In this document: one piece after another, positions 1 through 13,883 of the stretch
Numbering within the stretch: the stretch's first letter is position 1
Layout of the letters: each line of letters starts with the position of its first letter
Assembly (NCBI GenBank): GCA_002633005.1
Contig: NMRA01000329.1
Location: 147,219-211,218 of the forward strand
From: Phoronis australis
Taxonomy: Eukaryota > Animalia > Phoronida
Direction of reading: 5' to 3'
DNA: 64,000 bases
Notes under the pieces: model-generated
The model's database searches: none
Told to the model about the DNA's origin: nothing
Seen by the model: the letters and a program-made list of their open reading frames with translations, nothing else
Position numbers and translations under genes: made by a program

Positions 1-500
1 AAAACACCGGAAATTAAAAGACACGATATCTAAAAGATGTCGCTGTTCTGCTGTGGTTTCTTTCCCACCGTTGCAATTACCCTGTTGGCTCAGCGAATTA
101 AACGAGTTTATTGGTACACAGAAGCGCCAAAACACTAACTCCAAGGAATGAAAAGAAAATATATTTTTGCAAACATATTCCCACGATATTCAAGAAAACA
201 ACAAAATGGAAACAATATGTTATCCAATGAACTATGGTGGTATATGTGAGGGAGGAAAAAAGGTGACGATAGGCAGTGGGTTAGCTATTAATTACGTGTG
301 CTTGTGAAGTATTTTCATGAATGTCTGCAAAATAAACTGCAATGAATATTATGTTTTTTTCACTTTCTACGTGTATTTTTTTGTCAAATACATGTATCTA
401 TACTGTGCTCATTGCATAAACAACAATTTTCATTCAGGTTATGAAACATCATTCTCGTTTCCCAATAAGTTGTGGCGATCAAATATACAGATAGACTCAC

Positions 501-3500
501 CGTCATAAACGCCAGACTTAACAATTGACGACATATCACACCCCGGTTGTTCCTCTCCGCCATTAGGATAAAAATCCATGTGACCAATGGGGTCCGCCAT
601 TCCAAAACCTGAAGACAAAGTATTGAAACTCGTGAGAAGTACGCAAATGCCTCCTTAGATTGTGTCATACTACTTTGTTTGATTAGCATTCGTGTATGAT
701 GTCATACATGTATCGGTTGTTAAACGTAGTCTAAATTTGTCACCTGTTATCCCCTTCGTTCTGGCTCAAGCATTCACCAACTCCCCCATATTTGTACGTA
801 GTCTCTAAGTAATTCATTTTCATTGTTAAACTAGAAAAAATGGCCGCTAATTGGATTGTGCACCGAGACCAGAGTTTAGAATTGTGGCAGAAAATTGAGC
901 TTAATTTCCACAAGGGACATCTTTATTCGTGGCAACTGTCTCGTGACAAGAAGCTCTTTAAGTTGCAAAACGTTCCTCAGTTTTGTCGATTGTCTGCATT
1001 GGGATGTATTTCCCATTACACCAACTCACCGCCATCGAGAGATATTGATGACAGAATATGATCGCCGTCTGTGTGAATGACGTCAACAAGCAGTGCGTCA
1101 CTGGGATCCAGTCTTACTTTCTTGTCCGTGTCGGTAAAATAAGGATCGGCCGGATCCAGACCTGAAAACGAGCAAAAACGAGGAACATGAGGAAAACGCC
1201 CACGCAGTTCTGTTTATCTTACTTACAACGAAAATCTAATTAGGCCTTTTACTCTCAATCTCTGTTTCATGATACTCGTTGCCATGACAACATTCCACTT
1301 CGGTTACCAACTCAAGTCACTATGGGCGATGCGCACATGCGCCGTGATTAGAATTCGCAATTTAAGGTTGGACGGCCCCAATTTACTCTAAAGTGTTTTC
1401 TTGAATCACTGAGGATATCTACAGCTGTATGTTGTTTCTGGTAACTAAGATTTGAATCCTATCCCGGAAATGAATACTATGCGATCGACAAAGTAAGCAG
1501 TCTAATTTGAGTTTCGTTATCAGCCAGCTAAACAGGACGAAATGTGGCCTTAAATACAACGTAAATCGCCCCCTAAAAATCGACGCACGGTGATCTATAG
1601 CAGTTCATTAAAGGATGTCGTACCTGTAATCCTGCCCAAGTATTGCAGTCTTTCTCCGGCATAGCCGGCAATGTGTGATCCCAGACTGTGGCCAACAATA
1701 TGAAACGTCTCAGGAGCAGCACCGTTCACCTGTTGAAATCCGTATTATATGCTGCCTGAGACAAGCATTGTTATTTTTTTAATGCCATCAATCCATCGTA
1801 ACAAAGATTTTCTCATAAATTTACTTTTTGTGACTATATTCTGCTGGCTATCACAACGGTGTGTTCATAGAAAAAAAAGTTCTTTTCGCGCTGTGATAGT
1901 TTTCAAAATTAAACTGGCATGAGCTTACATGTATGTACCTAACAGCAAGTCATAGCTTCCAATGTTTCCGATTTTCAAGAATTCCAAATACTACCTGTTA
2001 AGACATTAAATGATATTTTTACAAACCTTTGATGCATGCCTTGATGTTCGTCAGTACACAATGTGCACCTGGGAACGATGCTGTGACGTATACTGGTTAC
2101 GTGACTCTTTAATCCGGGTATTTTTTAAAATTAAGTGAACATTCTCTACCGAAAAGGCAAAATCTACTTCGTCACTGTATCAGGCACATTAAGTAGAATT
2201 CAATTAGTTACACGTAAACAGGATATACAATCATTCACCAAAGTTGATATGTAGTTAGGCGGCAAACTGAACTCGAAAAAACCTGTACGAATTTTATGGT
2301 TTTGCGAAAAAAATCGAAATTTGCATAAACTGTACAAAAACAGGTGAGCTTAGAAAATTGTAAAAGAGTTATGAACATTCATATTGAAATTATTATCAAA
2401 GAAGAATGTTGGTCATCTTTTCATACCATCATTTACTATGAATGTACCTTTCTTTCAGTATCTCAGTTAAAGGCGGATTGAAGTAAAATTACAAATTTTA
2501 CAGGCCTACTACTCTCACTAAATGTATACTTATGTCAGATTAAAGTCTATAGCTTTTAAGATATTTGACTAAATACTCAGGCACAGACTCGTGGATAAGG
2601 ACTCACATGACCATTGTTTAATGTAAGATATACTTTCCCTCTGGAGAAGAAGAAGCCAAGGCAATATCTTAACGCGGCTATATATGGGTACCGCTTGCAT
2701 TAATTCACAAAAAACAGTACAACGAATACAACACAACTTCCATCAGATGCTGGAAGTTATTAAGACGATAGCAAAAACCTGCAGGAATCCAATAAGCAGC
2801 GCCAATTCAGCCCCGACTGCTCTGGTGTTGGCTGTAGCCTGACCGTAAGGAGGTTGTGCTCCCTTGCCCCAGTCAACGAGAATTACGTTGAAATCTCCGC
2901 GACTAAGAAAAGCCCGTTTCATTTCCTGCAGAAAACAGAATATTTACGAACGGGGAATACAACTGTTCTGCAAAATGTGTTCTTTTCTACATATGTACGT
3001 CATTAACCCCATGGTGAGGTTAGAGCAAAGCTTTAGAACGGAGAAGGAATCACTTGAATTGTTCTACTCTTCAAAAGAGCGTTTCTATATCTTGGGGGCT
3101 AAAGGGACAAGATCAGTTTACGGACAGAAATTCGTAACATTACCAGCTAAATACTCATACTCTGCCATTTGTCAAGTGGGTTTAACTTTGCCAGCAGAGC
3201 GTTTTTACGGTTAAAACTGTGTCCGCTGGAGTTACACTTTCGATTATGCGCAGAGGCTGATCTCGGAAAATCACTTACTTTGGACAATAATGTGTATATA
3301 AAGGTATGGCGTGCTAGTACAACAGTAATTAAGGTACATATAGAAGGCTGTTGCATTCCGCAGACATTAAACTCAAACCTAAAACACAGAATATTCTCGA
3401 CTTAAAATGTAATTAACTGCCAGTGAATAATAAAGTACATGTATTAACTAATGAAATTGTGTTTTCTGCACCCTGCCCTTTTTGGAGATCTAGTTTTTGC

Positions 3501-4848
3501 TGTGTACGTTTATGTTTTGCTCGCTTTCTCAAATAAGACATCCCCACTTGAGATGCGTAGTCTGTTTTTGTTTGTAACCTTTGCTTAGCAAATCCTGTCG
3601 TTTAGATCCTTCCTGGTGTTGTACGTGCCTTTGTGCAGCTTTTTGAAAAAAAAACAACTAACTTCGGTTGAATTTGATGAGCGGGGCTGGGGGTATTGTT
3701 TTTGCTTCTTAGGTCTCATCCGCACATTGCATTCTGTATGTCTCTGTAACAAGTAGGTGAGAGACTGATGGTTCACTAGCAGGGCGAGGATTGATTGAAA
3801 TCCTCTTTTTCATACAAACATCACAACCAGGCCCCACTGTTTAACTTCAAAAATCAGACCCAGAATCGAATTACTTAACCAATCACGTTTCACGTTTCGA
3901 GCAAAACGTTTAACGCCAAAGGCTTTTTAAATGATTAAGTTTGTGCCTCCTGAAATATGCTTATTCAACGCTCATAATTACGCATAATTTCTTATTCAAC
4001 GAGTAATTTTAATCAGTTCGACAATGTTTCGTCCTGCCTTCTCTCGGCGGTACTTACTGATTGTCTTGCATTGGTCGTAATTCAGTGCGCATACAATAAT
4101 TAATTCTGCGCGTTGATGAAACGCAAAAGATTCTTAAACGGGTACATTTCTACCCGTTGAAATGTGTTTAATCTACGCGTACTTTTGCTTGATTTACGCC
4201 TGCTTTTGCTTAATCTAAGCGCAGTTTTGCTTAATCTGCACTTGCGTTTGTTCAATTTACACGTGATTTTGCATAATCTACGCGTACTTTTAGGTTACGC
4301 GTATTTTTGCTTAACCTGTTCGTCATTTTAGTTCTTAAACGATCATAGTTCTGCTCTTAATCAATTGAGTTGAGAGCATGGGCGTGATTGGACAACATGA
4401 AAGATTAAAATTCCGCGTAGATTCATCAAAAGTACGAGTAGATTAAGCGTAGAAATGTACTCGTTTAAAAACCCCTTGGCGCATCATAATAAGTTAACCC
4501 TAAAGTGTGTCCTGCAATTGGCCAATTCTCCGGCATATACAGAATGATTACAATTTTTGTTAATAAAAACACTCACGTGCATCCATTTCCCCTTGTTTGT
4601 GTCCTCGATAAAGCCATGAATTATCACTTTCGTGGGCCGGCTTGAGTTAAAATCCGACTTTTCTAACGACTTCTTATTACCTGGCCTGACGACACGACCT
4701 GCGTTCACGCTACGACGTGAAAACACGATAAACTTTATATCTATGTCTTCCGGGCATTTCGGCAATAAGTTCAAATGACGAACTTGTGACGTGAATGGAT
4801 AAGCGGTGCTAAAACATCCGACACCAACACAGCACGTACTGTTGATGC
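501..4848 (-). CDS. Pancreatic lipase-family (PNLIP/PNLIPRP-like) gene, partial; exons 4848-4577, 2925-2779, 1729-1624, 1161-1030, 608-501; continues beyond the window's left edge
   Basis: All five exons have AG/GT boundaries with matching phases (1-0-0-1-1-1). They translate to INSTCCVGVGCFSTAYPF...PTKVIIHGF...KWMH / EMKRAFLSRGDFNVILVDWGKGAQPPYGQATANTRAVG / FHIVGHSLGSHIAGYAGERLQYLGRIT / GLDPADPYF...RLDPSDALLVDVIHTD / GFGMADPIGHMDFYPNGGEEQPGC. This includes the oxyanion HGF, nucleophile GHSLG and catalytic Asp LDPA motifs. The catalytic His exon lies outside the window. Confidence 0.95.
4113..4488. mobile_element. Foldback/MITE-like element in a lipase intron
   Basis: Inverted arms ttaaacgggtacatttctac (~4134) and gtagaaatgtactcgtttaa (~4449) around internal short repeats (aatctacgcgtact, tttgcttaatct). 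Confidence 0.5.
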
Positions 4849-7380
4849 CTGTAATGAAAATGGGTTTAGATTTTTCAAGTGTGCTTACAGGTGTGAAGAA
4901 AAAAAGAGAAAAATATTACCACACTGACCCACAACGTTGCTAGGGGAACCTGTTTAGGTACCCTCACAAAAAGATCTACACCTTGCTGCAACAGAAGCAC
5001 TGCATCACAGAACGCTAGAAATCAGTACATATGTTATTGGCTGCAAGTAGCATTGTCCTCAGTGGGTTGGCAACCAGGGGTGGCCCACGGTGACTGGGTT
5101 GGGGGTGGGGTGGATTGTGTCACAAAGTGACTGCAGCCTGTGTGCCACAGTGAGTTTGAGCTCTTACATTTTGCAATTTTTTTCTGGTTCCCAGAGCATC
5201 CATACCTTGGCCGATCAAGGTCCAGGTCTCTGAAAACCTTGACCAGCCACTTTGAAATATCTTCCGAATTTATTTTACGAATATCTGTCGTGAAGTCTCT
5301 AACGCGGTCGGGCTGAATACTTTGCGAATTTTTTCACTCGAAAAAATATTATATCGGGGCACATAGGTTATAAGAGGGTTTTGGCTGCACACGCACACCT
5401 AAGTGGAGATGAGTGCTTTCCTCACTTACCAAGAGCTTGGTTTTATAGTATTCCCACTACTTGCAAGCACTGCTAGTGATGCCTGAAACTTAATTATGAT
5501 ACAGATTTTTAATCCGATAGTTCAGAGCGAAAAAAATCCTGGCATAGCAAAATAGGACCAAAAAACCCAAATTTTAATTTTTCTCCCCAAAATCACCCCT
5601 TCCTTTCAAAAGCTAGTAAAAATCAGATCAGATTCAGAAAGCCTGTTCTCTCTAGATTCCAAAAATGTGGTCATAGTTCGCCCCTTACCAGCTGCCTTTC
5701 TGTCAATTTTGATCTGTTTAACAGCCACCATTTATTTGTACCCGGTTTCTCGGACAGTAGGCAACAGATGTTGAAAGCAGACCATTTTGTATCAAAAGTA
5801 GGTCACGGCTAAAAGACTTAGCTTTTCTTATGCAAAAGCACAAGCAAACCACTTTCCGTGAAATTACGTTCTACGCATTCCTAAAAACATCGGCTAAACC
5901 TGACACACGTCATTTACTTAAATTCTAGGCACTTAAAAGTGTCCCGTGGCTGCAGCCTACAACTACATGTATATATTCAGGAAGTCACTACTTAATGACT
6001 TCCTCCTGCTAATTATGTACATGTAAGTGAGTACTCAATGATTTTGCAGTCACCACCGTCTCGAGTGTTGTGTCAACATTATCAAGTAGTGAAAAAAGGG
6101 AGTCACTCAAGACGACAAGTGAAAGCGAGTTAAAGGCAAATGTTTCTGCGCGATTAATCTCAAAACCTCACTTGCGTATACCACTGGCCGCTACTGATGA
6201 AGTGATTGGTGGGAGAGACTGGAGTGTTGGGCAGAATTCCCATTTTAAACTAATAGTTCACCCTGTAAGTTTCTCGTAAATGTCTTGTAGATACCGAACG
6301 CAGCTCGGCAGTTTCTGTGGTCTTCGAGAATAGTGTCGTCCAGGATTACACAGCGACACTCGAATCTTGGGTTATTAACCAAAAATGTCTTAAACATCCG
6401 CACGCACAGTTGCTGCCTCGTTTTCTTGTCACTGGAGTTAAATATGTTATTTGTTATTGTCTTATTCTTTACAAGCTTTCTCGGTTGTATTACTCTACTC
6501 GTCCTTCAAATTCCAACGAAGTATTACTGCTGTTCTGTGTGGTGCAAATCCGACGTGAAAAAAATTGATAAAACCCGTGGATTCGTGATCTTAAATTCTT
6601 TCCCTTCCCGACATCAATGAGAGACACGAAAATGTGCCTGATATCCAAAACTACGTTACACGCTTTCCTATCTCCGGAACGATGAAGTATTATCGCCGTG
6701 TAATCCGGGACGGTACTATTTGAGCTGTTTAAAACGGTGCAAAATGAACAGCGTGCTTTCATTAGTTCATTTCCTGGAGTCAACATTGGTTCCATATGAC
6801 GCCGCTGGAGAATAAATCTGGGGCCTTATTCTGATCATCTCTGAGGAATTAATCGTAGAAATTGGTGGCTTTATACATGTAGGCCTCTGTAACGTAGCTT
6901 TCATTTTCAGATATGATAAAAATGACACAAGATTAGGTATCGATTGTTTCGCCATTTGCAACACGGACAGGCTTGCTTTTTTGACTTATTTATCCAACTA
7001 ATTTACATAATTTGGTTCTACTGCATCTGCCTAACTTATCATTATGGTTACAAAACAGTGTTCAATACTGTTATCACTTACACTGTGTCATGTTCACATA
7101 TTTTTTTTTTTTCAAATACTTCATTAATAGTCAAATACTCAATGCCTTCATTAAATCTGCTGAAAAATTGTTACATGAAACATGCATCATATATCTAAAC
7201 ACTCCATTTTAAGAACAGCATCGTAAAAACTAAGCCTGAATTTCAGATTCCAGCGTGTCACCAATCAAATCACTTAAAATCATGGACAACAGTGTCATTC
7301 AAAAAGCATCTACTCGCCAACTGCGCCGCTAAAACGTGTGTTCATACGGAATCCATGCATAAATTCAGATGCCAACTTAC

Positions 7381-7444
7381 CAGTGGTGTTCAGCCGTGTA
7401 TCGTGTTGGCCTTCATCTTTGGAGTTGCAAACGTTAGAAAATAA
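7381..7444 (-). CDS. Candidate upstream exon of the lipase gene (LFSNVCNSKDEGQHDTRLNTT-G)
   Basis: ttacag acceptor and G|gtaagt donor, open frame, ends in phase 1 as the 4848 exon requires. No motif support. Confidence 0.35.
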
Positions 7445-10159
7445 CTGTAACAAAGTACATATTGCACGTGAATACATTGTCCTGCTGGGATTGACAAATG
7501 ATTCTGCAACAGTAACTGGTGGACGGGTTACCGGAAGATGATTTTTAAAGTGCCTGATCGTGGACTAGTACTATAGCAGAGACCATACGGCACAGATCTA
7601 CGGTATCGTAGCTCATGATTGGTCAAAGACATGGCAACCAGTGAGTAACCTAGAAATAAGACTGATCCTCCCAACAAACGCACAAATTAGTTTCTTTCAT
7701 TACCATACTCTCTATTACAATCAAGTTCATACTGTTTTCCGCTGAGTAACGTCATCACATTATAAAATACACACACAGAGACTCAGTCATGTCTACGGTT
7801 CCTAAAAATGAAGCGACACCTGTCGGGCTAGTCAAATCACCTGACAATTTCCAAATAAGGAAGTCAATGCATTCAGGAACTAGACTGTATTTTGGGTTAC
7901 GGTATACCACAGTGCTACGAAAGGTAGCACTATGAAACATTATTTAACATGGCTTCTCATTGGTTAAAGTAAAGAAACCAACGTCATAACATTCAGTCAC
8001 TCCCATTGGTTGAAATCTGGGAATCTCCTTTCTGTTCACTGTTACGTAGTATGGCGGTCATCTTTGGCTTGAAAAGTTTTAATTTATTAAAACGCCGCGG
8101 CATAAAATCGAAGTAAACAAAGTCAAGGAAACCCCGATGCAGTGGCTTGAGCTCAAACAAGTCCAGTGCTTAGAAGGCATTGGCAAGTGGTGGCGTTGTG
8201 ATCGCTAAACTTCCGACCAAACCTTTAAGTTTGCAATGATGCCCACACACGGAATTCCGTGTGTCGTTCATCATGTTTCCATAGGGCCAATTTTCAGTGT
8301 TGGTGGCGTTGTGTCAGAGGTTATATTTTCGATTTACACGCTTGAGGCTAGAACTACGCTAGCCTGAACGGAAATCTGCCTAATTAAAGGGAATAAAATC
8401 ATGACCACCATTTTAGCGGTCCCTCTGGAAGTTGTGAGCGGTCAATTTGGAGAATTGTTGACACCGATATATGAGCTCATATCTCCATAAATTCTCTTAA
8501 TTATATAAAACTATTGAATCAGCACCGTAAATCAGTGTATCGTGACTTACGTTTCGGTGGGTATACGAAGAAAAACAATACCTTACTCCTTCTACATGCG
8601 TCTACTCCCCAACACACGGCGTGTATATTCCATTATTTGATAGACATCCATGACTTTTTCAATGTTTTCGAAGAAACAGCCTAGGAGATCTAAATAGCTC
8701 CAACGGACTGGTGATTCTACTTAAACCAGTAAGACGACCACCACCTGTCGAAAAGCGTCTTCCAGCTAAGAAGAAACTAATAATATATGCAATTTTAACT
8801 ATGGTAGTCATAAGGCCAGCATGTATCGTGTACAGACTCTTAACAATGCTCCCTGCATGTGACTTACCATCACGAACAAGTGATAAAAACTGATTTGAAC
8901 ATTGAGATATTTGCGAACGATTTTTATTAATTATCCTGATATGAATGGAATAAGTTCAAAACTCCAAGGCAAGAGATAATGTTTTTTCAAATCGTGTATA
9001 ATTTCATATTAATTAGCCTCGTGCTGGAGAAGGGCACTTATTAAAGCAACAGATGACGCCCATTTTATGTTCTTGAAAGCACGCACCCTTTGATTTTAGA
9101 CACGGGCGCTCCTGGGAGAAGAGTCGCCTTTTTAGAGTGTGTTTGTTGACAGAAGTGACGGTTAAATATGGAGTGGAAACAGTGAGTCGCTGCTGCTGAA
9201 TGGCTTTCACGATTGCCTGTATTCAAAATGGCAGGAACAAATTTAATCAACATTTTGTTCAGTTACAAGTAATTAAGAAATGCAAATAATTGTTCGAGGT
9301 CGTCATGGTTTTAAATGTCAGACATTGAGATTCCACGAGGATCACAAAGCACGAGTGCGCATAAGTACTCTTTGTTAATTACCGTTATATTTCAGCAATA
9401 ATTGCAATACAAAAGTCCAATATTTTAGTTTTCGCCACGCTTAGAACAGCGTGTACGCACTGCTGCGTTTTAGTCCTATTCACGCAATACCTGTCCGGGC
9501 CCCGTTTTATCAAAGCTGCTCGTCGTAGGCGTGCGACTCTTGGCGAGAATAAAGATGAGATGTTCTGAAAACAGCCTCAGGGCGGATTCGAGCCGGGGAC
9601 CTTACCGGTCATATCGAAATGCATGTAAATCTCACATGATAATTGACAGAGTAATCTAAAAGCATACTAAGCCCGATGTGTATTTCTCCACAGTGTTAAA
9701 GTTACTGGTCTCGAGTTTGGCTACAATTCAAATTAAATGGATCGAAACAAATCATGATCTTTATTCCTGCCCAATTTCAGGAGAAACAGAATTTTACGGC
9801 GTTCTCCCGTCGAATGACTTTACCAGACATAGAACGATTGCAAATGTTTGATAACACCTTGCTCCGACTGCCAAACATGGTCTTTGATATGGCAACATGC
9901 AGGACAGATATCTACCATGCCTCAAAGGGTTAATGAAACCAAGAAGAACTACTTTCGACATCCGGCGACAGAACAACAAGAATGAATAAATGACGGTAGA
10001 CGAAGTCATATTTTCTGTTTGTCAATAACCATTATAACCACGGCATTGACATTGGAATTTATTCCATGAAAAATAAGACTTCAGTCGGGATTAAAGACCC
10101 AAAGGTAAATGAGTTATCAGTTTTATTTACAATGCATTTATCAGACGAAAAAATTGGTA

Positions 10160-10312
10160 TTCACTATTTAAAAATAATGATTGAGATGGTTGGTCTGATT
10201 TTCTTTTCTTTTTGTCGTTGTACACATGTATGCTTTGCCTATTTTTTATACGTTCTCTTGATGCCCAAGTTGTGGCTGGGTAGCAATTGCCACAAGTCAC
10301 TAAAATAAATGG

Positions 10313-10351
<39 letters not shown>
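10160..10351 (+). repeat. Probable LINE/SINE 3' tail: stem-loop followed by an (ATTG)n microsatellite
   Basis: ttgtggc...gccacaa hairpin, then aataaat and about 9 ATTG units at 10314-10351. Confidence 0.6.
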
Positions 10352-10352
<1 letters not shown>

Positions 10353-11669
10353 ATAGGAATCATTGTGACATTAGCTTTGCAATGATTTTGAAAATGATGA
10401 TAATGCGCGTAACAAAAGAAAACCAGCGCACTAGCTGTAATATGTTTAATAGAGTCGCATATAAGGCTATAAACAACATAGGATCAAACATATCAATTAT
10501 GAAAAGTTTAGTGATTGCATTATCCTTACCGACCGTGTATGAACACAGTCAAAACCAATGCATTGGTATGGGCGTACACGATCTTATCTGATTAGAGCAA
10601 ATACCAAAAGAGAGCTGGCCCTCCGACCATAAATACCAGAATGGAGTTTATCGGTCTTGTAATGTACTGGCTACGCCTTCCAACAGCCCAACTTGTTCGT
10701 TTGCCCTTCGATCAGACAAGTTGGGGTCAATGGGAAAAAGCTGCAAATGTGTTGCTTTTAACTTGCATCCTATAGTTTATGCATAGTGTCCCTTGAAATG
10801 AAGAAACTATTATTAAATTGTCACATTTTAGACTCATTTCCTACATTATTATATTATATTTTGTATTAATTATGCTGATATTTAGAGAGGTTGTGTCACA
10901 GTTATCGTTTGAAATCTGCGTAATGATAAAAGTCACATTGTTCTCATTCCAAGAAGAGTTTTCCACTAATAAGATTTCCTTAAACTTCGATATATTGTAG
11001 AACAAACAGCTCAAGATGTTTCATCTGATGTACAATTTAATCCTATTGCAACTGGTCGGGTTATGGGCCCCATTAGAGCACAATTCAACTCGCAAAACGT
11101 AAGATATTTTTGAAAAAATAGCAGTCACATTCGTCTTTGTTACATTACACAAAACTATGCTTTTGTATCGAAAATCCTAAAAGCATTTTGGAGATTGATG
11201 AATGAATATTAAGTTTGGAAAATTTCAGCGAACTTCACTGAGCCGTTTTCGAGAACTCGTGCTCCTAAATTCAAATTAAGTCGATTTGCCGAAGCCAAGA
11301 AACAGCCGGACGAGTTGGGAAACGTGAAAATGTCAAAGTCTTCGGTTAGTTTATCGGTGAAAACTTTTTTTGTTCAATATACACGTAACCTAAACATGAT
11401 ATTACCTTGTGAGCGATTTGAACATTGACTCGTAATGTCAACTGAATTTGCAGTGCACAATTAACTTAATTCTCACTAATTTTGTTAAGTCAGTTGACAT
11501 TGAATCGAGTAAAACTTGCTTAGGGGAGGAGTTAAGTTCTTGACCTATTAAAAAAGGTCAACAGTACATTGTGGCAGGCCTAAACACAACACAAGGAAGC
11601 ACGTGCCGAGAAGACTGAAAGAAACCAAATATTTAACATGAAATATAACTAGAGTATCTGTGGTTGAAG

Positions 11670-13440
11670 CAGGGCCGTAGGAAGCCAGGGGGGAGCACGA
11701 GCCCCCACAAAATTTCCAGGCGTCAAGGTTAAACCGTGGCAACCGAAATACAATGTACATGTAGGAGTGGGGTCTGGGACAATATAGAAAATAAAGACTG
11801 CGAAATACGGATAAGAGAGAAAATTCTAAGAGAACAATTTTAAAACAACAGTACATGGTTCACCTTTTGAGGACCTTGGCAAGGACATTGTTAGGGTCTC
11901 CGCTTTTGCAGCACATATCATCTAAACGCACTTGAAAATGTGCACGTGATCATTCATACTCGTATATATACTTCAAAAAATCGAGTAAATTTGTAACGTG
12001 AAGCTCTTGCAGAGAGTACTAATTTATTGGATTTTTAAATTCAACATGTCAGTCTTGCGAATACAAGACTATATTTTTCCACAGGCTCCTCTCTGGTGAG
12101 GGATAACGGAGACAGCAATCGCTTTATTTTTTGTCGAAACTGTATATCACTTGAGAAAAACAGATAACCTGACAGATAACATGAATTAATGTGTTTTTCC
12201 CGATTTTCAAAAAAATATAGATATTTTCATATTTAGTGGCCCGCCCATGAAGAAGGGCATTGATGATATTCAAGTGGCCACGTGTTTGTGTTTTTATTGA
12301 TAAATTCTAAAGTGGCCGCACACGGAGAGAGGGCCTAATGTTGGAATCGATTACCTCCATTTTGCTGCTTTTTGTGAAATCTTGCAATCAGCTTTCATTT
12401 TGAAGGTCACTGGTTGCATCTTTTTGTGTCAACAAGACGGTGGAATGAACTGTCACTGTTTTCCAAGCTTAATAATGTCGGTTTAGCCTTTCATCTTAAT
12501 GTGTCCCATTTCAGGCGGGACCCTCTCTCGGCAAAGCAGTTCGGGGAAAATTCCCTTTGCAGAGCTGTGGGAAGCAGGGGGAGGCCGGAGGGCCGTGCTC
12601 CCCAAAAAATTTGCAGGCGCCAGGGTTAAAAAATGGCAACCGACATACATGTAGGCTTGGGACCGGGGACAGTCGAGAACAGAAAGACTACGAATACGAA
12701 TAAGAGATAAAATTCAAGAGAACATTTGACAACTCAGTATCAGTGCATGGTTTACTCTCTCAGGGCCCTGGCCAGGACATTGTTGTTAGGATTCCCGTAT
12801 TTGCTGCATACATGTAGATCGTCTAAACTCACTTGAAAAAGTGGACTTTATCATTCATACATATATTTCGAAAAATCGAGAAAATTCTTTAAGCGAAGCT
12901 TTTGCGGAACATGTTAATTCACTGGATTTTTAAATTGAATAAGACAGTTTTGTAAATGCATGAATGCAAAACTACATTTTCCAGAGCCTCTTCTCTAGCA
13001 AAGAATAACAAAGACAACTGTAGCTCTATTTTTTCGTGTTTTTTTTCTCTAAGTTGTGTATCACTTGAGAAATTTGATGGCCTGGCAGATAACATCAATT
13101 GCTGCGCATTTCCTGAATTTTGAAAATGTAGATCTTTTCGTATTTAGGAGCCCATCTCTTGAAAAGGACTATTGATGAAATTTAAATTGTCACCCTTTTC
13201 GTGTTTTGAACGGCAAATCATTAAGAGGAGACTCACGAAGAGAGGCCCAATGTTGGAATCGATTATCTCTATTTTCTTGTTTTTTGTGCAATCGTACAAC
13301 CGCCTTTCATGCTGAGGAAAGTCACTTCTTGCAAGGTCACCCGACAATGGAATGAACTGACACTCTTTTCCAAGCTTAATGATGTGAAGCCTTTGATCTT
13401 AAGTGTCCCATTTCAGATGGGACCCCCGCTCAGTGGGGCG
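11670..13440 (+). repeat. Diverged tandem duplication of an ~890-bp unit (11670-12530 / 12560-13440), probably a non-autonomous DNA element
   Basis: Collinear shared blocks, e.g. gaaatacggataagagagaaaattc vs gaatacggaataagagataaaattc, aatgttggaatcgatta, tggaatgaactg...ttttccaagcttaat, gtgtcccatttcag. Confidence 0.85.
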
Positions 13441-13883
13441 GTTCGGGTATCCTTCAATACATGTAAATCTGACACTGCCAAGCATTCAAGAGAGAATCCA
13501 AATCATCAAAAACCCAAAACGTCCGTGCACAGTACAGCAATATCAAAACATTCGACTCAAACAACCATATATGTGTAAAATGGAATAGGATTGACCGCCA
13601 TCAAAATGTTGGAATTTTGAAGAACGTAACGATCACAGTGAATTACACAAAAAGGCTACTTCCGATAAAAAATATTAGATTTTTCAAATAGTATCACAAA
13701 AATAGTATTTCTTTTCAAGGTCTTTTCTATGAACTGCAATTGCCGTACCGTCCTTGACCTCGAACCGTCCAAGGAGGCGCGATGCGTGGACTTTTTGGGG
13801 AAAATTCTGTACTTTGACCGCGAATTTGTTGCGATGTCGCTGGAGCAGGACACCGCGACTGGTATTAGAAGAAAGAACAATTG

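Noticed and set aside
5430-5482. Candidate 53-bp lipase exon with good AG/GT sites
   Set aside because: Its only open frame ends in phase 2, incompatible with the phase-1 exon at 4848.
5500-10100. Numerous 60-100 aa ORFs here and elsewhere in the track
   Set aside because: No motifs or splice support; expected by chance or antisense to TE remnants.
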